Notes under the pieces: generated by a model | What the model saw: the letters and a program-made list of their open reading frames with translations, nothing else | The model's database searches: none | Told to the model about the DNA's origin: nothing | Shown here: in pieces, positions 62,902 through 64,000 of the stretch | Numbering within the stretch: the stretch's first letter is position 1 | Layout: the number at the start of each line of letters is the position of its first letter | Sequence record: LR756511.1 | Length of the DNA stretch: 64,000 nt | Direction: 5' to 3' (one strand) | Program-made: the position numbers and the translations under genes

Positions 62902-63333
62902 TTAACGCTCCACCTTCTGTCTCATAATGCCATATTCTTCGTAATTTGGTTCGCCGTTTATAAGCCTAGTAGGTCCACCAAATGTAAATTCAACCTTATG
63001 TAAAGTTTTAACGCCTTGAGTATTGGTAATACGAAATGTTACATTTAACTGGACTTTCTCAAAAAGGCACCCGTCGCAATAACGATATTCCTTTTCCTTG
63101 AAATCCACTTGGTTAGGATCGTCAAAATGATTGTCAATCCATTCCATCACCTTTTCCATATACTTCTTGTCTTCCTCTTCGGACATATCATACTTCTTAT
63201 AAGTATAATCACGCCCCTTTACAGGCATCGTATCTGGCTCTTTTTCATATTTACAACCCGCAAACACCAACATAATTAAAGCTAGCTTTCTCATACATAC
63301 ACCGTCCTGTAATAATGGGAAACAGGCATACAT
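62902..63333 (-). CDS. Putative lipoprotein
   Basis: MRKLALIMLVFAGC lipobox. Confidence 0.65.
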   Translation of the reverse strand: MYACFPLLQDGVCMRKLALIMLVFAGCKYEKEPDTMPVKGRDYTYKKYDMSEEEDKKYMEKVMEWIDNHFDDPNQVDFKEKEYRYCDGCLFEKVQLNVTFRITNTQGVKTLHKVEFTFGGPTRLINGEPNYEEYGIMRQKVER

Positions 63334-63614
63334 CCCAACGCCGTCAGTAATGCCTTTATATCTTCACGATTAAAAACAACAACATCTTCCATCCACCTCC
63401 ACCGATATCCGCATCGAGCAAATCTCCTAAAAGGAATCAATTCGCTAGGCAACCTTGTACGTAAAGCTACTATCTGTTCGTATTTGGCGAACAGATAGCA
63501 GTATGGTTTACCGATTTCGCGTTGGCAAAAGCCACGTTCCTCAATATAATCGCACATAACTAGCAATTCATCTATTGGAACGGACTTTGGCTTACGTGGT
63601 TTAACCTTTATCAT
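63291..63614 (-). CDS. Protein with TIGR02996-like motif
   Basis: PIDELLVMCDYIEERG. Confidence 0.55.
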   Translation of the reverse strand: MIKVKPRKPKSVPIDELLVMCDYIEERGFCQREIGKPYCYLFAKYEQIVALRTRLPSELIPFRRFARCGYRWRWMEDVVVFNREDIKALLTALGCMPVSHYYRTVYV

Positions 63615-63964
63615 TTCACTTTAAACCCAAGCTCTCTCATTCTGTTTCTATCCCAAAGTTCAGAATTAGGGTATAATAAATGAAACTCGTCCCATTTATC
63701 CTTCGATATTTGTTGCCTCCACCATCCTTTAATCTCTACATAAAGGTCTTTATCTTTTAAATAAAGATCGCAGTAATAGGTTCCGCAACTCAAATTAAAT
63801 GCCACTTGCCAATCGAAATCAATTTTGTTTGCATTCAAATATTCTACCACTTGCTTCTCGTACCCACCACAGCAAAATAGTTGGTCGCCCGTTTTCCAAT
63901 GTGTAAATTTGCATGTTTTGCGTGCGCTTTGTTTGCTTTTTACCAGAAATTCTCTTTTCAGCAT
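63611..63964 (-). CDS. PD-(D/E)XK endonuclease-like protein
   Basis: YEK-x-V...Y-x-x-DLYL...YVEIKGW. Confidence 0.7.
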   Translation of the reverse strand: MLKREFLVKSKQSARKTCKFTHWKTGDQLFCCGGYEKQVVEYLNANKIDFDWQVAFNLSCGTYYCDLYLKDKDLYVEIKGWWRQQISKDKWDEFHLLYPNSELWDRNRMRELGFKVK

Positions 63965-64000
63965 TACATGCTCAACGCCGTATCGTTCTAAGCAAGTTTG

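Noticed and set aside
19804-63003. Most plus-strand ORFs in the - block (e.g. 27358-27837, 39027-39482, 57133-57840)
   Set aside because: Antisense shadows of better-supported genes; only 30486, 40966, 47209, 54612 and 62343 were kept.

Overview
This is a segment of a large (jumbo-type) dsDNA bacteriophage genome with about 150 mostly short, densely packed ORFs and no core capsid or replication genes. Genes run rightwards from 0.9 to 19.0 kb and leftwards from 19.4 to 64 kb, apart from a few isolated + strand genes. The dominant unexplained structure is the 8-bp motif AGCTGTAC: about 93 copies by manual count, nearly all co-oriented with transcription and placed at or just before gene starts, and absent from the structural-gene cluster. 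Between 11 and 19 kb it is embedded in repeated hairpin-motif-RBS units, up to 71 bp identical, that turn single genes into cassettes. The window also holds a 134-nt minimal tmRNA-like RNA with an intact alanyl tRNA-like domain, tRNA-Leu(TAA), a tRNA-like element with a 54-nt variable region, about six candidate structured RNAs, and a P-loop kinase plus T4 Rnl1-type RNA ligase. Other recognisable products are a CarF/TMEM189-type lipid desaturase, five TIGR02996-like proteins (hinting at a Planctomycetota or Myxococcota host), T4 CTS-like internal-head candidates with TAAATA late-type promoters, a paralogous tail/lectin cluster, and DnaJ, LAGLIDADG, DksA/TraR, bL12-CTD and LemA-like genes. One gene is broken by an inversion plus a templated insertion. 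Family calls come from motif recognition only; no searches were run.
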